Assembly (NCBI GenBank): GCA_035084275.1
Contig: CM068770.1
Coordinates: 3,534,001-3,598,000 of the forward strand
Origin: Hydrolagus colliei
Taxonomy: Eukaryota
Direction of reading: 5' to 3'
DNA length: 64,000 bases
Position 1 is the first letter of the stretch. The number at the start of each line of letters is the position of its first letter. A program made the translations under genes and the position numbers. Of this stretch, positions 25,027 through 36,675 are shown piece after piece. The notes below the pieces were generated by a model. It did no database searches. It was not told the origin of the DNA and worked only from the letters and a program-made list of their open reading frames with translations.

Positions 25027-25964
25027 TTACCTCAAAGGGAGGAATTTAGCCGTGGTTTTCATAATCATTACCCTGCAATTCTTTCTCCTTGTGCAAACCA
25101 TAATTTCCGTGGCTATATGAAGCTAAGCCAGCTACAGGTAATCTTTATAAATAAATAATCACAGCTACTTTGATAAAGTGCTCTCGCGCTATCCACTCGT
25201 CATTTGAAGTTCGAGGAAGGATCAAGGCAAGTGCACTGTCAAAATATAGCTCTGGTTAAGTACTTTGCATTGCTATAAAAAGCTCCGCAAATGATTGAAC
25301 CAGGAGAATTGTGATCGGATGCAAACACTCAAAATCGTAATTTGTTAGACTACAGTCTGCGAGCATTCAGGGAAAGGGGGATCACAACTTCTCGGAATTG
25401 AGCAAATCTTCTCTGCGATGATTTCTATAACAATAATAATAATAACAATAGTAAATCTCTATTCACAGAGCCACAGAAACGTTGGTATAATTTACGAAGG
25501 AACAAGAAACGGACAGAGGAAGTTTGTTTTAAACAGAACTACAATAGCAACAACAACTTGCATTTATACAGCGCGTCTTCGGGCAGGGGTAGCATCCCGC
25601 GGCACTTAGGTTAATCAGGAATAGCAGCAAAGAAGCCACTCTGTCTTCTGGAGTGTGTGATGTTCAGTCGATACCTGTCCCCTGCGGCTTTCTGTCTTCT
25701 TCCTCCGTCTAGTTTTGCCCACAAATACACGGTCAATTCACTTCACATTATATTCTATGAAAAGCTTTGAGAGGTTGATAGGATGTGAAAAGCGCTGTAT
25801 CAAATACAATGATGATTATTATTATTTTTATAGTCCCGGCTTTTCTTGTTGAAGGAATGTTTTTGTTGAAGGAGTCAACACAGCGTTAGCTCCCACCTCG
25901 TATGTTTGGTTCACACACGTACAGAAATGTCCAAATCCCTGAGCTTTTGGACGTCCCAGTGACG

Positions 25965-26230
25965 TGAAGGGCAAACCTTCAGCCACTTTGCCCACAAACC
26001 CCTGGAACTCCATCCGCCCGGCCTCCTCCCTGACCTCTGTCAAGACCCGCCTCTCACGACCCTCCTCTTCGACGGTCCCATCGGTCACCCCAAATCCATC
26101 TCCTTTCCCTCCCTCCCACCCTCCCCGTCCCCGATTCCAGCTCAGGTCTGAAACAATAACTGTCCAGTGCCTTGGAACGTCCCCCTGACGTGAAAGGCGC
26201 TTTACAAGCGTCATTTTGTTGTTGTTGTTC
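25965..26230 (+). mobile_element. L2-clade LINE 3' end
   Basis: ccttcagccactttgcccacaaacccctggaactccatcc...gtcaagacccgcctctcacgaccctcctcttcgac, then ccagtgccttggaacgtccccctgacgtgaaaggcgctttacaagcgtcatttt(GTT)n. Confidence 0.75.
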
Positions 26231-26749
26231 TTCTGCTTTCCGAAATGTCACGTGGGAGTGGGGTGTGTTTTTGTGCCTGCTTCAGATAGATAGATAGATT
26301 TCCGGCAGACAATCCATCCCTTGGAAATCCGAGCCACATAATGTAGCAGCTGCAAAACCATTTACTTTTGCAGTTTAGAATCAATACAGCCGTCTGCATA
26401 CTTACCATAAACCAACAGCCAGGGGCAGCCCGAAGAGAGACTCAAGTGATTTGTGCGCATTCACCAGCTGTGTTTCCATTCGGGAATAACAATCGTACAA
26501 AATGTAGCTTTCAGGCCCAGCTCCCAAGAGGCTTCAGTTCTATATTAAGCCGACAGCTTCGAGGAATTTTAAATGACCTCGTTGGGTGAGGAGACGCTGA
26601 GCAGGTTCCAACCAATCGCGTCCCGAGAGCGGTGGGTTAATAATAATATTAATACCGATAATATTTAATAATAATACAACAACAACACGTATAGTGGCTT
26701 TCACGTCAAGAGGACGTTCTGAGGCGCTGGACATTAATCGTAATCTGTT

Positions 26750-27070
26750 GCGTCTTCGAGACGTCTCGAAACGCTTCGCAGAATATACCGCAAAGTGAAT
26801 CGACAATACTTTGTGTGTGTGTGGGGGGTGGGGGGGGAGGGCGAGGGTGGGGACGAAAGCCAGCAGCCAATTGCACACAGCAGTGTTCCACAAATGGTCG
26901 TGGATTCAGTGACCGAACGACTGTAATCTTTCGAAGGAATTGTTACCTCCCGAAAAGCGATCTGCCAATCGACTAACGACCGGGTTCCTACGTATCACTA
27001 GGTAGACAGAGGTGGGTGGAGTGAGGAAACTGGCCTCCGCGGTTTGCCCTGCCGGGAATCAAACCCGGGT
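26750..27070 (-). mobile_element. tRNA-derived SINE, long form, abutting CR1
   Basis: aaaagcgatctgccaatcgactaacgaccgggttcctacgtatcactaggtagacagagg...ccctgccgggaatcaaacccgggt. Confidence 0.8.
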
Positions 27071-27079
27071 ATCAAACAA

Positions 27080-27738
27080 CAGCAGGACAGGTAGACAAGG
27101 CTGTTAAGAAGGCATATGGGATACTAGGCTTTATAAATAGGGGTATAGAGTACAAAAGTCAGGAAGTGCTGACTAACCTCTATAGGACTTTGGTGAGGCC
27201 TCAGCTGGAATACTGTGTTCAATTCTGGTCACCACACTACAGAAAGGATGTGAAGACATTGGAAAGGGTACAAAGAAGATTTACTAGGATGGTGCCAGGA
27301 TTGAGGGACTTCAGCTATGAGGAGAGGCTAGATAGGCTAGGGTTATTCTCTCTGGAGCAGAGAAGATTGAGGGGAGACCTAATAGAGGTTTATAAGATCA
27401 TGAGGGGTTTCGACAGGGCAAATAGAGAAAAACTATTTCCACTCGTGGGTGAATCTGTGACTCGTGGTCACAGATTTAAAATAGTTTCAAGGCGAAGTAG
27501 AGGGGAGCTGAGGAGAATTTTTTTCACTCAGCGAGTTGTTCGAATCTGGAATGCATTGCCTGAAAAGGTGGTGGAAGCTGATTGTATAACAACTTTTAAA
27601 AGGGAATTAGATCTTTATTTAGGGAGAACAGGTCTATTAGGCTGTGGAATTGAATCGCTCTTTTCAAAGAGCCGGCACAGACTAGATGGGCCGAATGGCC
27701 TCCTTTTGTGCCGTAAAATTCTATGAATCTATGAATCT
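27080..27738 (+). mobile_element. CR1-clade LINE, 5'-truncated 3' end (ORF2 C-terminus plus 3' UTR)
   Basis: Open frame QVDKAVKKAYGILGFINRGIEYKSQEVLTNLYRTLVRPQLEYCVQFWSPHYRKDVKTLERVQRRFTRMVPGL...LFSLEQRRLRGDLIEVYKIM...FFTQRVVRIWNALP, the typical CR1 ORF2 C-terminus. Tail has the GGCCGAATGGCC hairpin and ends ATTCTATGAATCTATGAATCT. Confidence 0.95.
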
Positions 27739-29484
27739 AACACGTAGCTAATTGTGGGGCCTGGCTTCCCTGCACAGACCTTAAATCAATGGATATCTGT
27801 AACTGCAATGCAGTAACAGTGCAGAATTGTGCCTCTGTGCCCTCTTCAGGCCTATTGTCCTCCACAACAGTTGAGAACCAGTTATTTTCCACCAACTGCG
27901 TTTTTTTTTAAAACAAACACATTAAAAAAAATCTTAACTCCCGATGTGCAATCCCCTGAAGGCTTTCACACACAGGATTGGAATGACCTGAAGTTGCCCT
28001 CAGCTCCTCGTTCACGTGTTTACAACGTTTCAACGGCTCGGAGCAGACAGCTTACACCTTACACTCCAACAAAGCGCTCGTTCCTTAACTGCGTAATTAC
28101 ACTTCACAATTTCCAATATGTCGTTTGTAAATTAAAACCAGGCGCGGGAGCTGTTTGTATTAGTTAGATGTGCTGGCCGACAAATATGCAGAGCGCAGTG
28201 GCGCACAGCAGAACGCTGAGTTGACAAACTGTAATGCATTCAGCGCACTCACTTGGCTTGTGTGATCGTTGAGCTGGAAGGGCACTATCACAGGCCCAGT
28301 GATACGAGAACAGGGAGTGGGGAAAATGGGGGAAGAATTTGTTTTCCTGCGTTTCGGCCTCTGGCCGGGAATCAAACCCGGGTCCTTCTCGCTTGCGAGG
28401 CGAGCTCTCTCTCTAACCTGCAGCAATCCCTCCGAAGGGCAAATGGAGAGAGCTTTTCCGTTGATTGGTAAATTAGTTGAGGAAAAGCGGCGAAAGAAAA
28501 CACACAAAAAAAGAGACGGATTTATACAGCTTTTGTGGGGGGGGGGTGGGGGGGGGGGGGTTGTTAGAGGATGAAATGTTGAAGCAGATTTGCAACAACA
28601 ACAACAATTCGCATTTATTTAGCGCCCTCACTCAGGGCAGTGTCTCACAGTGTTTATTCAACAACCGTCACAAAGGAATTGATGAAAAATAATATGAAAG
28701 TGCCCGAGGAAAGAGTGGGGAACAGTTTAAAGAGCCAGCAATGTCAATTCTACTCCCGTGGGAGCCCTGTAGCTCGGTGGTTAGAGCACTCGGCTTACAA
28801 GCGACATAACCGGGTTCAACTCCAGGCAGGTCAGGGTGAAACCTTGGGGGCAAGTCTCCTTACTCCACACGCTTGATAATAATCCCTCAGAAAAAAAATT
28901 GGTCACTTCAATCTATATGAATACGAGTTTTTGTTTCCTGTGTCGCTCTGGGTTAATTGCTTCCTTTCAGTTCCTCGGAGCAATGTTCCTCGAGAGGAAG
29001 GTTCGAATTAATACACACAGTGTAATGTCAAACAGTGGTAACCAGCACTTTTCTTAATTACGCGCGCACGTCAATAACTCTCGAGGTGACGTGTCCAGGA
29101 CCAGATCTTTTGATGTAAGTGCCACGAAGCGAATTTATTGTCCCCTCGCTCTGAGGAAATCAAACGATATTGAAGACCAGTCCAGTTTGACTCCGAGCCG
29201 TCGATCGATTGTACAGTCCGTGGGGAGCAGGCGAGATTGAATATTGGTCAAGGTGGGTGATGGGTGGGGGGGGGGTGGGGGGGGTGGGGGGGAGGGAGGG
29301 GAATTGGAAATTGAACCCCAGGACTGGAATCCAGCAGAGATCAGTCGATGAGAGTCGAGGATTCCCTCCGGCAGAACTGCTCGGCTGGACACAGTGAGAG
29401 AGCACCACTATCCACTCGTTAGCAAAGTGGACGTGTCATGGAGGCCAGGGAGCATGACGCCAGCGAATTAATGGGAGTGATTTG

Positions 29485-29750
29485 TGGAGCTCCTGTAGCT
29501 CAGCGGTTAGAGCACTCGCCTTACAAGCGTGAGACCCGTATTCGAATCCAGGCAGGTCAAGGCGAAACCTTGGGCAAGTTTCCTTACCTAATAATAATCC
29601 CTCCAAAAAATACACTGCCGCGTTTCTCCTACAAATATATACAGTTAACTCACTTTACAGTATACTCTGTGAAGCACTTTGAGACATCTAGAAGACGTGA
29701 AAATCTCAATATCAAATGCACGGATTATTATTAATATTTATTATTATTAT
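29485..29750 (+). mobile_element. tRNA-derived SINE, short form with internal deletion
   Basis: Head ggagctcctgtagctcagcggttagagcactcgccttacaagcg and tail aaatgcacggattatta. Confidence 0.88.
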
Positions 29751-31024
29751 GCTACGCCAGCTGCTCTGACCTGTGCTGCCCGAACTCGTCACTCAGATAA
29801 TATATAGACCTTCGCTCGAGGCGAAGGGAAATGGAAGGATGTGGGAGGGAGCAAGGAACGGGTGAAAACTGGTGAGGAAACACATTGCTTAAGAGTATCC
29901 AAAGCAAGCTGAGAATCCCCACCACCCACCCACACCCCCCAACCCCCGCTCCACACCACCTTCAAATGGAAATCTCAGGGACAACAAACAACAACAACCA
30001 CAACATCGAAATCACATGTATATAGAGCGCCTCTCACGTCGGGAAGACGGGGAGAGAGATCGTTGGTAAGGCACTAAATCAAAGGCAAGGGCTATGAACA
30101 TTCAAATCGGTTTTAGAGGAAAGGGATCAGGGGTCAGGTATTTTTTATTGCTGCTGCTGATGAGAATTCACGGGAACTTTCTGCACCTCGCAAGGGAGCG
30201 AGGAAACTTTTCATCTATTTGTAAAACTGCTAAAATGTCACTTGAAGTTACCATAAATGTAAGTGGTTATTGAATCTGAAGAGTTGATCAATCGAACGGG
30301 CTACAATAAACAGCGTACACCACACTAAACTAAGCTACTTTTGAAAATCCGTTCGACTGGTCAGAAGATTTAAACCTACAGCAAATGAATAGGACTTATC
30401 GAATTAGTCAATGATGAATGAAAGATGTGCATTGTTTTCTGAAACCACACCAATATTATTTTTGTTCTGCAGATGAAATCTGCTTCAAACTCCTCCGTAT
30501 CATTGATAATTTCTTACCGAGTGTTAGTAAAGCTTGAAAAGTTAGAATCGATTCACACTTTTAAGTCTTACAAAGTGAAATAATGGAGCATTAACCTGTC
30601 CTAATTTGCGCTGCGGCTTGGTGCAGTGTTTAAAAGTGAAGTGGACCGATTGAACTATCTTAACTGTGTTGTTCTCAGCGAGTGTCTGGCACTCTAGAGG
30701 GATAGTCGCAGAACTGCTATCGATCTCACTCTGAGAGGAATACAGTAGGAAATGGACTGTTGACTTGTTTTGAGAGTGACTTAATAAACTGCTTTTGTGG
30801 TGTCCAACTGTTAAAATACATCATAGAAATGGGAGTAAACTGTAGGGGAGCGGAACATAAACTCGTAATATGCTTTATCCTCACCTTATTTTTTAGACAA
30901 AACACTTGCTATGAGCTGGCCAGCACTTTGGGATGTCCTCCCGACGTGAAAGGCGCTGTACAAATGTGATTTTATTGTTGTTCTTTGGTTTGGATATTCA
31001 AAACAATTTACATTGACAAAGCAC

Positions 31025-31282
31025 CCTTGTAGCTCAGTGGTTAGAGCATTCGCCTTACAAGCAAGCGTGAGACCTGTGTTCGAATCCAGGCAGGTCAGGG
31101 CGAAACCTTGGGCGAGTTTCCTTACTCCACACATCTAATAATAATTCTTCCCAAAAACCCACCATAGTAAAATTGGTCATTTCAATCCATGACTATTTGT
31201 GGGGATGCATTTTGCCCACAAATATACAGTCCATTCACTAAGGTGTGAAAAGCGCTATATCAAATGGAAGGATTATATTATT
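31025..31282 (+). mobile_element. tRNA-derived SINE, short form
   Basis: A and B boxes, partly deleted body, tail. Confidence 0.85.
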
Positions 31283-32539
31283 GTGCCTCACAGATCTTTA
31301 TGTTTGGGGAGAAGAGGGTGGGAGTGCGAAAAGAGGGTTGGAGCGAGAGTGAAAGAGAATGCAATCCTGAGATTGAAGGAGGGGGAGTTGGAAATCAGAG
31401 CAAATCTGCGGAAACACTTATTTTGACCTACGAGCCGTAAACCTTTGAGGAATTTTCCTCAACAACAACAACCAGAAAATTTCATTTGTACAGCGCCTTT
31501 CACGTCGGGAGGATGTCCCAAGGAGCTGGACAAATATTACGTTTTTGTTCTGATTGTGTTTGAAGGCATCGGCAACTTTTGGCAAGAGATTGTCTCTCAA
31601 TGTGTAGCTGCTCTTACGTTGGTTAAATAAGTTTTATAGGAGCTTTACCTGAGTTGCGCCCTAACTAACAGCGCAAGTTAATCAGTAGTCAAGAGGAATC
31701 ACGGACACACATACACACGCACACACAGCTAGTATGACTCTGATTTTCTCAAAAAGCTTTACTGGGAGGAGATTAACGTTCCTCAACACGCAAATCATTT
31801 TAGAAATGTTAGGAAGCCGGCATCTATCCCACGGTTTTATATGTGGCTGAGGTTCTAGGGCTCTGGAAACAACAAACTTGTACATTTTGAGCTCACAGCA
31901 CACCGTTCAACTGTTTGCAAGACTGTACCGGTGCTCCCTGTGTGATTTGTCAGTCATTAGACTGTAAGTGAGCTGTTTAACTCAACAGAAATAAAACCAT
32001 TGGTACCTATTGCATTATTCACCTGACTCAATCCCCCGCCCGCTCTCCCGCCTTGCACACAGCACCGAGCGGATTCAAGGAGCGGAACAACATCATTTTA
32101 ACAGCTTCCATTTAAAAAGAAATCACATTTAGATCCGCTTTGGCTGCAAACGTGACTGTATTCATTTTTTGGGTAAACTTGCATTCAATTTCCAGCTCTC
32201 CTTGATTTACCCTGGGCACCCATTTCATTTGCGGGCAAAAATACCCCAATGATTTTCTCAAGCAGCAAAACCCATTTTTGCTTCATGTGTTTTTGCTCTC
32301 TCAGGTGCTGTTTTATTCATTTTTTTTCCCCACTAATGTTTTTTGCATGAAGGCAACTTGACTTCCATGTTATCTATTATTGATAAAAAATTGTAAGAGT
32401 TTAAGAGGAAAAGATGTGTGTGTTTTTTTTTCTCTTCGCGACCCTGAAACTGCGGCGCTGGCTTAAAAATCGCTCAGCTCACCAGCCGAGTAAAAATTAG
32501 ATAAACCTCCTCTTGCATTGCTCAGTCACCCACCCTAGG

Positions 32540-32815
32540 TAATAGTAATAATCCTTGCAATTTGATATAGCGCTTATATCAAAGCACTTCATAGAATACA
32601 GTGTCGAGTGAATTGGCTGTGTACTTGCGGGACAAACACGGCAGCCAATTGCGTACAGCAGCGTCCCCACAAGCACTTGTGGGTTGCAACTGATCCATTT
32701 TTTTGTGAGGGATTATTATTAGTCTTGTAGAGTAAGGAAACTTGCGCAAGGTTTCACCCTGCCTCCTCTCGCTTGCTTGCAAGGCGAATGCTCTTAACCG
32801 CTGAGCTACAGAACT
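32540..32815 (-). mobile_element. tRNA-derived SINE, short form
   Basis: Reverse consensus with small deletions. Confidence 0.82.
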
Positions 32816-33224
32816 CCACTCCTATACCTATATAAATATTTATCACGCCTTATCACGTCCTTGAGACGTTTCGCAATGCTTCACAGGATGTACTATAAAG
32901 TCAAATATCTCCCATCTGGTATCAGAATCTTTCAGTTTTTCATTCTGCTCACTGCGATTGCACCTGACGCGAAGTACATCTCTCTTTTTGCTCTCACCTT
33001 CCTGACCCTATCATTCCCCTAAGACGGGAAGTATCGCTTTCTTGCGTCTGATTGAGACTCGCTCTTAAACGTCTTTCACAGTTGGCTTCCTTTCGTCGCA
33101 CACCATCTGTGTCTAATAAACCTGTACAGGCCCCCCCCCCACCCCACCCCGCCAAGTTGCCGAGGAAATTTTTTAAGTTCAGGTGACCTGTTCAAATCTT
33201 AAACCTAAAAGGGATCAGCAGCTG

Positions 33225-33492
33225 ATAGCGCACAGCAGTGTCCCACTCACTGATTGAGTGACCAAATTATTATTCTATTTATTAGTGTATTTTTTTTAGA
33301 AGAGACACTCAGAAAAGCGTGGGCTATTTGATAGCCAATCGACTAACAAGCGGGTTCCTATTTACTGCTAATAAGTAAACAAAGGCACGCGGAGCAAGGA
33401 AACTTGTCCAATGTTTCGCCCTGCCCGGGAATCGGACCCAGGTCCTCTCGTTTGTGAGGCGAGTGCTCTGACCACTGAGCTACAGGACTCCC
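33225..33492 (-). mobile_element. tRNA-derived SINE, long form with intact head
   Basis: gccaatcgactaacaagcgggttcctatttactgct...gtaaacaaaggc...cccgggaatcggacccaggtcctctcgtttgtgaggcgagtgctctgaccactgagctacaggactccc. Confidence 0.85.
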
Positions 33493-35834
33493 ACTGTCCA
33501 TGGACATCGGGCGAACGAGTCACTTAGAGCGTCTCATGAAAACCGTGGACAATTTTCAGACTCTCAGGTCTAAAACTCTAAAAATAGAGTCGTTTCGGCT
33601 CGATCTTTCTCCATCATTGGAGAAATGTGTCCCCCAACGGGATTCCAATGTGCGTCTTCAGTGTAGGCTGTGTGGGGGGGGGGGGGGGAGAGGTGGTTTA
33701 CTCTGAAACAAATAATTGCAGCAAGCGTTAGCACATGATGAATTGATCAGTTACTGAAAATTGCCAATACCATCAGCAGCAAATCTACAGATACTAACTG
33801 CTGTGGCACTCCCCAGAACTAATTACACAGCGTAAAAAGATCGATACTGTAACATTTCACACGGTTAGGGACTCAAATTATCCCATACAGCCACCCTCCT
33901 ATACAATCCTGCCCTCCGCCCTCCCTGATCCCTACTCTCCCCCCACCCCCACCCCACCCACCTCGCATCTAAAATCCCTGACTGTCCAGCGCCTTGGGAC
34001 GTCCTCCCGACGTGAAAGGAGCTGTGTAAATGAAATTTTGTGTTGTGTTCTATTGCTGAACACCCCCCACCCCCCAAAAGGAGAACTTGCAATGGTTATT
34101 CTAACTCCAGGGTTATTGTGCAGTGCTGTAGCTCAGTCGAGGTTTGATCACTCACCTTGCTAGGTTCGATTCCAGGCAGGGTGAAACCTTGGGCACGTTT
34201 TCTTTACTCCGCAAGCCTATAATAATCCCTCGGGTGGTGGGGGGAGGGAAACCAAACAGTAATAAACTAAATTGGTCACTTTCGTGACACTGACAAGGAG
34301 AAAACCGAGATTTGTGTGCCTAGTAAGAAATTGTTTGTACTGTATTCTGTGCGGCTAACGTAACCTCAATAGATCAGAAAGAAAGATTAATGGAGTGAAA
34401 TTCCAATGGGAATTCCCTTTTTTCCTCTGCTGACCGAGGATTTTGGAGCATCCAGAATTTGGCAAATTGCCCAAATTCAGTCAATTCTCACGACTCTTGC
34501 GTGCAGGTCCTACATGAAAGGAAATGGCTTCGGATCCAATTGAGGTTGTATTGAAGAATGATTCAGATTGTATTTGAAGCGTTTGGAAAATTTGCATAGG
34601 CTTTTAAAAATGCCTCATAAGCAAACTGAACTAAACCTGGCTCCCCAGGTGGAATATTGCCACCTCCGCAACAAATTTACATTTGTATTTGCCCCTTTCG
34701 GCGTCGGGAGGACAGTCCATGGCACTGAACAACCGCAGGCAAAGAGGAAGGTGCTCACTTTGGTTTTGCCCACAAAATACACAGTCAATTAATTTCACAG
34801 CGGATCGACCCTGTGAAGCGCTTTGGGACGTCTCAATGACACGATAAAGCGCGATGTCAAATGCAAGGACTGTTGTTATTACGCCGCATTGTACTTAATT
34901 AGATTGTGCCGATGGCTTAGAATAAGTACGCAAAAGGATTAGCCGGCATTTTTTGGGAGGGATTATTTGGCCTGCAATTTTTGTCATAAAAAACCCTAAG
35001 GACGGCTACATCCTGCATATTTTATGGAAAACCGCGACAAAGAGTGTTAAATCAATGAACATGCTTGGAAAATCACCGGTAGAAATGTCATTATGGCAGG
35101 GGGTGAATAAAGCACACGCTTAAAAAATGAGAGAAAAAGGGATTAAGTTGCAAAATTGCCGAGAGGACTTTACTGCACAGAGAATGGAGGCAAATCAGCG
35201 TTGGGTGGTGTGAAAAACTATTGCACAAACGATTGTAGAATATTTATATGGCACAGTAGCGCAAGTCTGTAACCTTGCAATCATACTCACCATGTACATT
35301 TATTATGGTCACAGTTTATTCAGTTGTTCAGGGCCTGTGCTGTGAACCATTTTGATGTCTTTTATTTGCTTACAAGCCTCCCAAGTTTTGCTTTTACAAT
35401 TAAAATCGCAGCGTTTTCCCCGACGCGTAAGCAACAGGCAAGCCGGCTACAAGCCTTTGTTTGGTGGTAATTTGCGCCTTTGACCTCTCTGTTTGGCATC
35501 CTTTGCTTAAAAGCATTAAAATATCATTGCATTGAAAGCCCTACATCGTCCACAGGTAAGCGATATTATTAAACTAAACGGATTCCACCTCCTTCGGTGC
35601 CCAGATTTTCTTGGTTTGAGATGAACAGGTGTGTGTGATCGCAAAGGTGGGACTGAAGGTGGAATTTTACAATGGTTCGTGGACCTTTTATCCGCCGAGA
35701 GTTTCCAATCGATGCGCAGATAACAACGACAACAATAACAATATTTCTAATCAGGTTTGGGGCATCTCAGAGAGTGTGACTTGGAAGTGAGAATAGGATT
35801 TCCTTAATAACTTAATATATGTGATATAATAACA

Positions 35835-36105
35835 AAAGTAATCCTTGCATTTGATGTAGAGCTTTTCACGTCTTCAAGACGTCTCAAGGCGCTTCACAGA
35901 ATACGTTGTAAAGTGAATTGACTGTATATTTGTGGGTGAAACGCGGCAGCCAATTGCGCACAGCAGCGTCCCCACAAACGGCTGTGGATCGAAGTGACCA
36001 ATTTATTATAGTTTTTTTCTCTCTCCAGGGATTATTATCAGGCGTGTGGAGTAAGGAAACTTTGCCCACGGTTTCACCCTGGCTGGAATCGAACCCAGGT
36101 CTTAA
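35835..36105 (-). mobile_element. tRNA-derived SINE, short form
   Basis: Reverse consensus from the tail to the B-box. Confidence 0.88.
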
Positions 36106-36129
36106 ACACCAATTGTTTGTGACATGGCG

Positions 36130-36375
36130 TCCGAATATGCTCCCGTTTTCGGGTGAGAGATTGGTGAGGCTCAAAGCATGAATCCCATGTCACTAGGAGA
36201 AAAGAGAAGGGAGTTTCTCTTTACTGGTGGCTTGTCCAACAATCCCCCCAAGTACAAATGCTCACTGGCTTCGTTCATGGCTCGTGGGACATTACTGTGC
36301 GCACAGTGGCTGCCGCATTTGCCCATAAAAGTAAAATCATCACACTTAATAGCGAATGCTGTGAAGTGCTCTGAG
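36130..36375 (+). mobile_element. Deu-domain SINE relic
   Basis: gttttcgggtgagaga...gaatcccatgtcactaggagaaaagagaagggagtttctc...gtgggacattactgtgcgcacagtggctgccgcatttgcc...gtgaagtgctctgag. Confidence 0.6.
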
Positions 36376-36597
36376 CTGCTTTATTTGTTTCTGAATACGC
36401 TTAGTTACTTTTATACTGCTCTCCACTGGCCCTTTAATACAATGTATTTGTTCAGCAACTCAAAATGCCAACTGATTTATTGCTTTGCTCATTATAGTGA
36501 GGTTTTTAGGGCTTCAAATCCTCCGGCTTTGATGACGTTAAGCTTAGCCTTGAGAGAGTGAATAAAGTCGCTGTTTTCATTGATTGGCGATTTTCTA

Positions 36598-36675
36598 ACA
36601 ACAACAACAACAACAACAATTTACATTTATAGAGCGCCTTTCACGTCGGGAGGACATCCCAAGGCGCTGCACAGG
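36598..36675 (-). mobile_element. Short L2 tail; similar 60-90 bp tails lie near 3710, 6215, 7900, 15320, 21390, 26680, 30000, 30920, 31460, 33980, 34670, 36970, 42780, 43850, 44385, 46500 and 62010
   Basis: (CAA)n-tttacatttatagagcgcctttcacgtcgggaggacatcccaaggcgctg recurs throughout the window on both strands. Confidence 0.75.

Noticed and set aside
29260-29302. G-rich tracts as functional G-quadruplexes (also near 28535, 33672 and 55087)
   Set aside because: Poly-G/poly-C runs are common across the window and nothing singles these out as functional.
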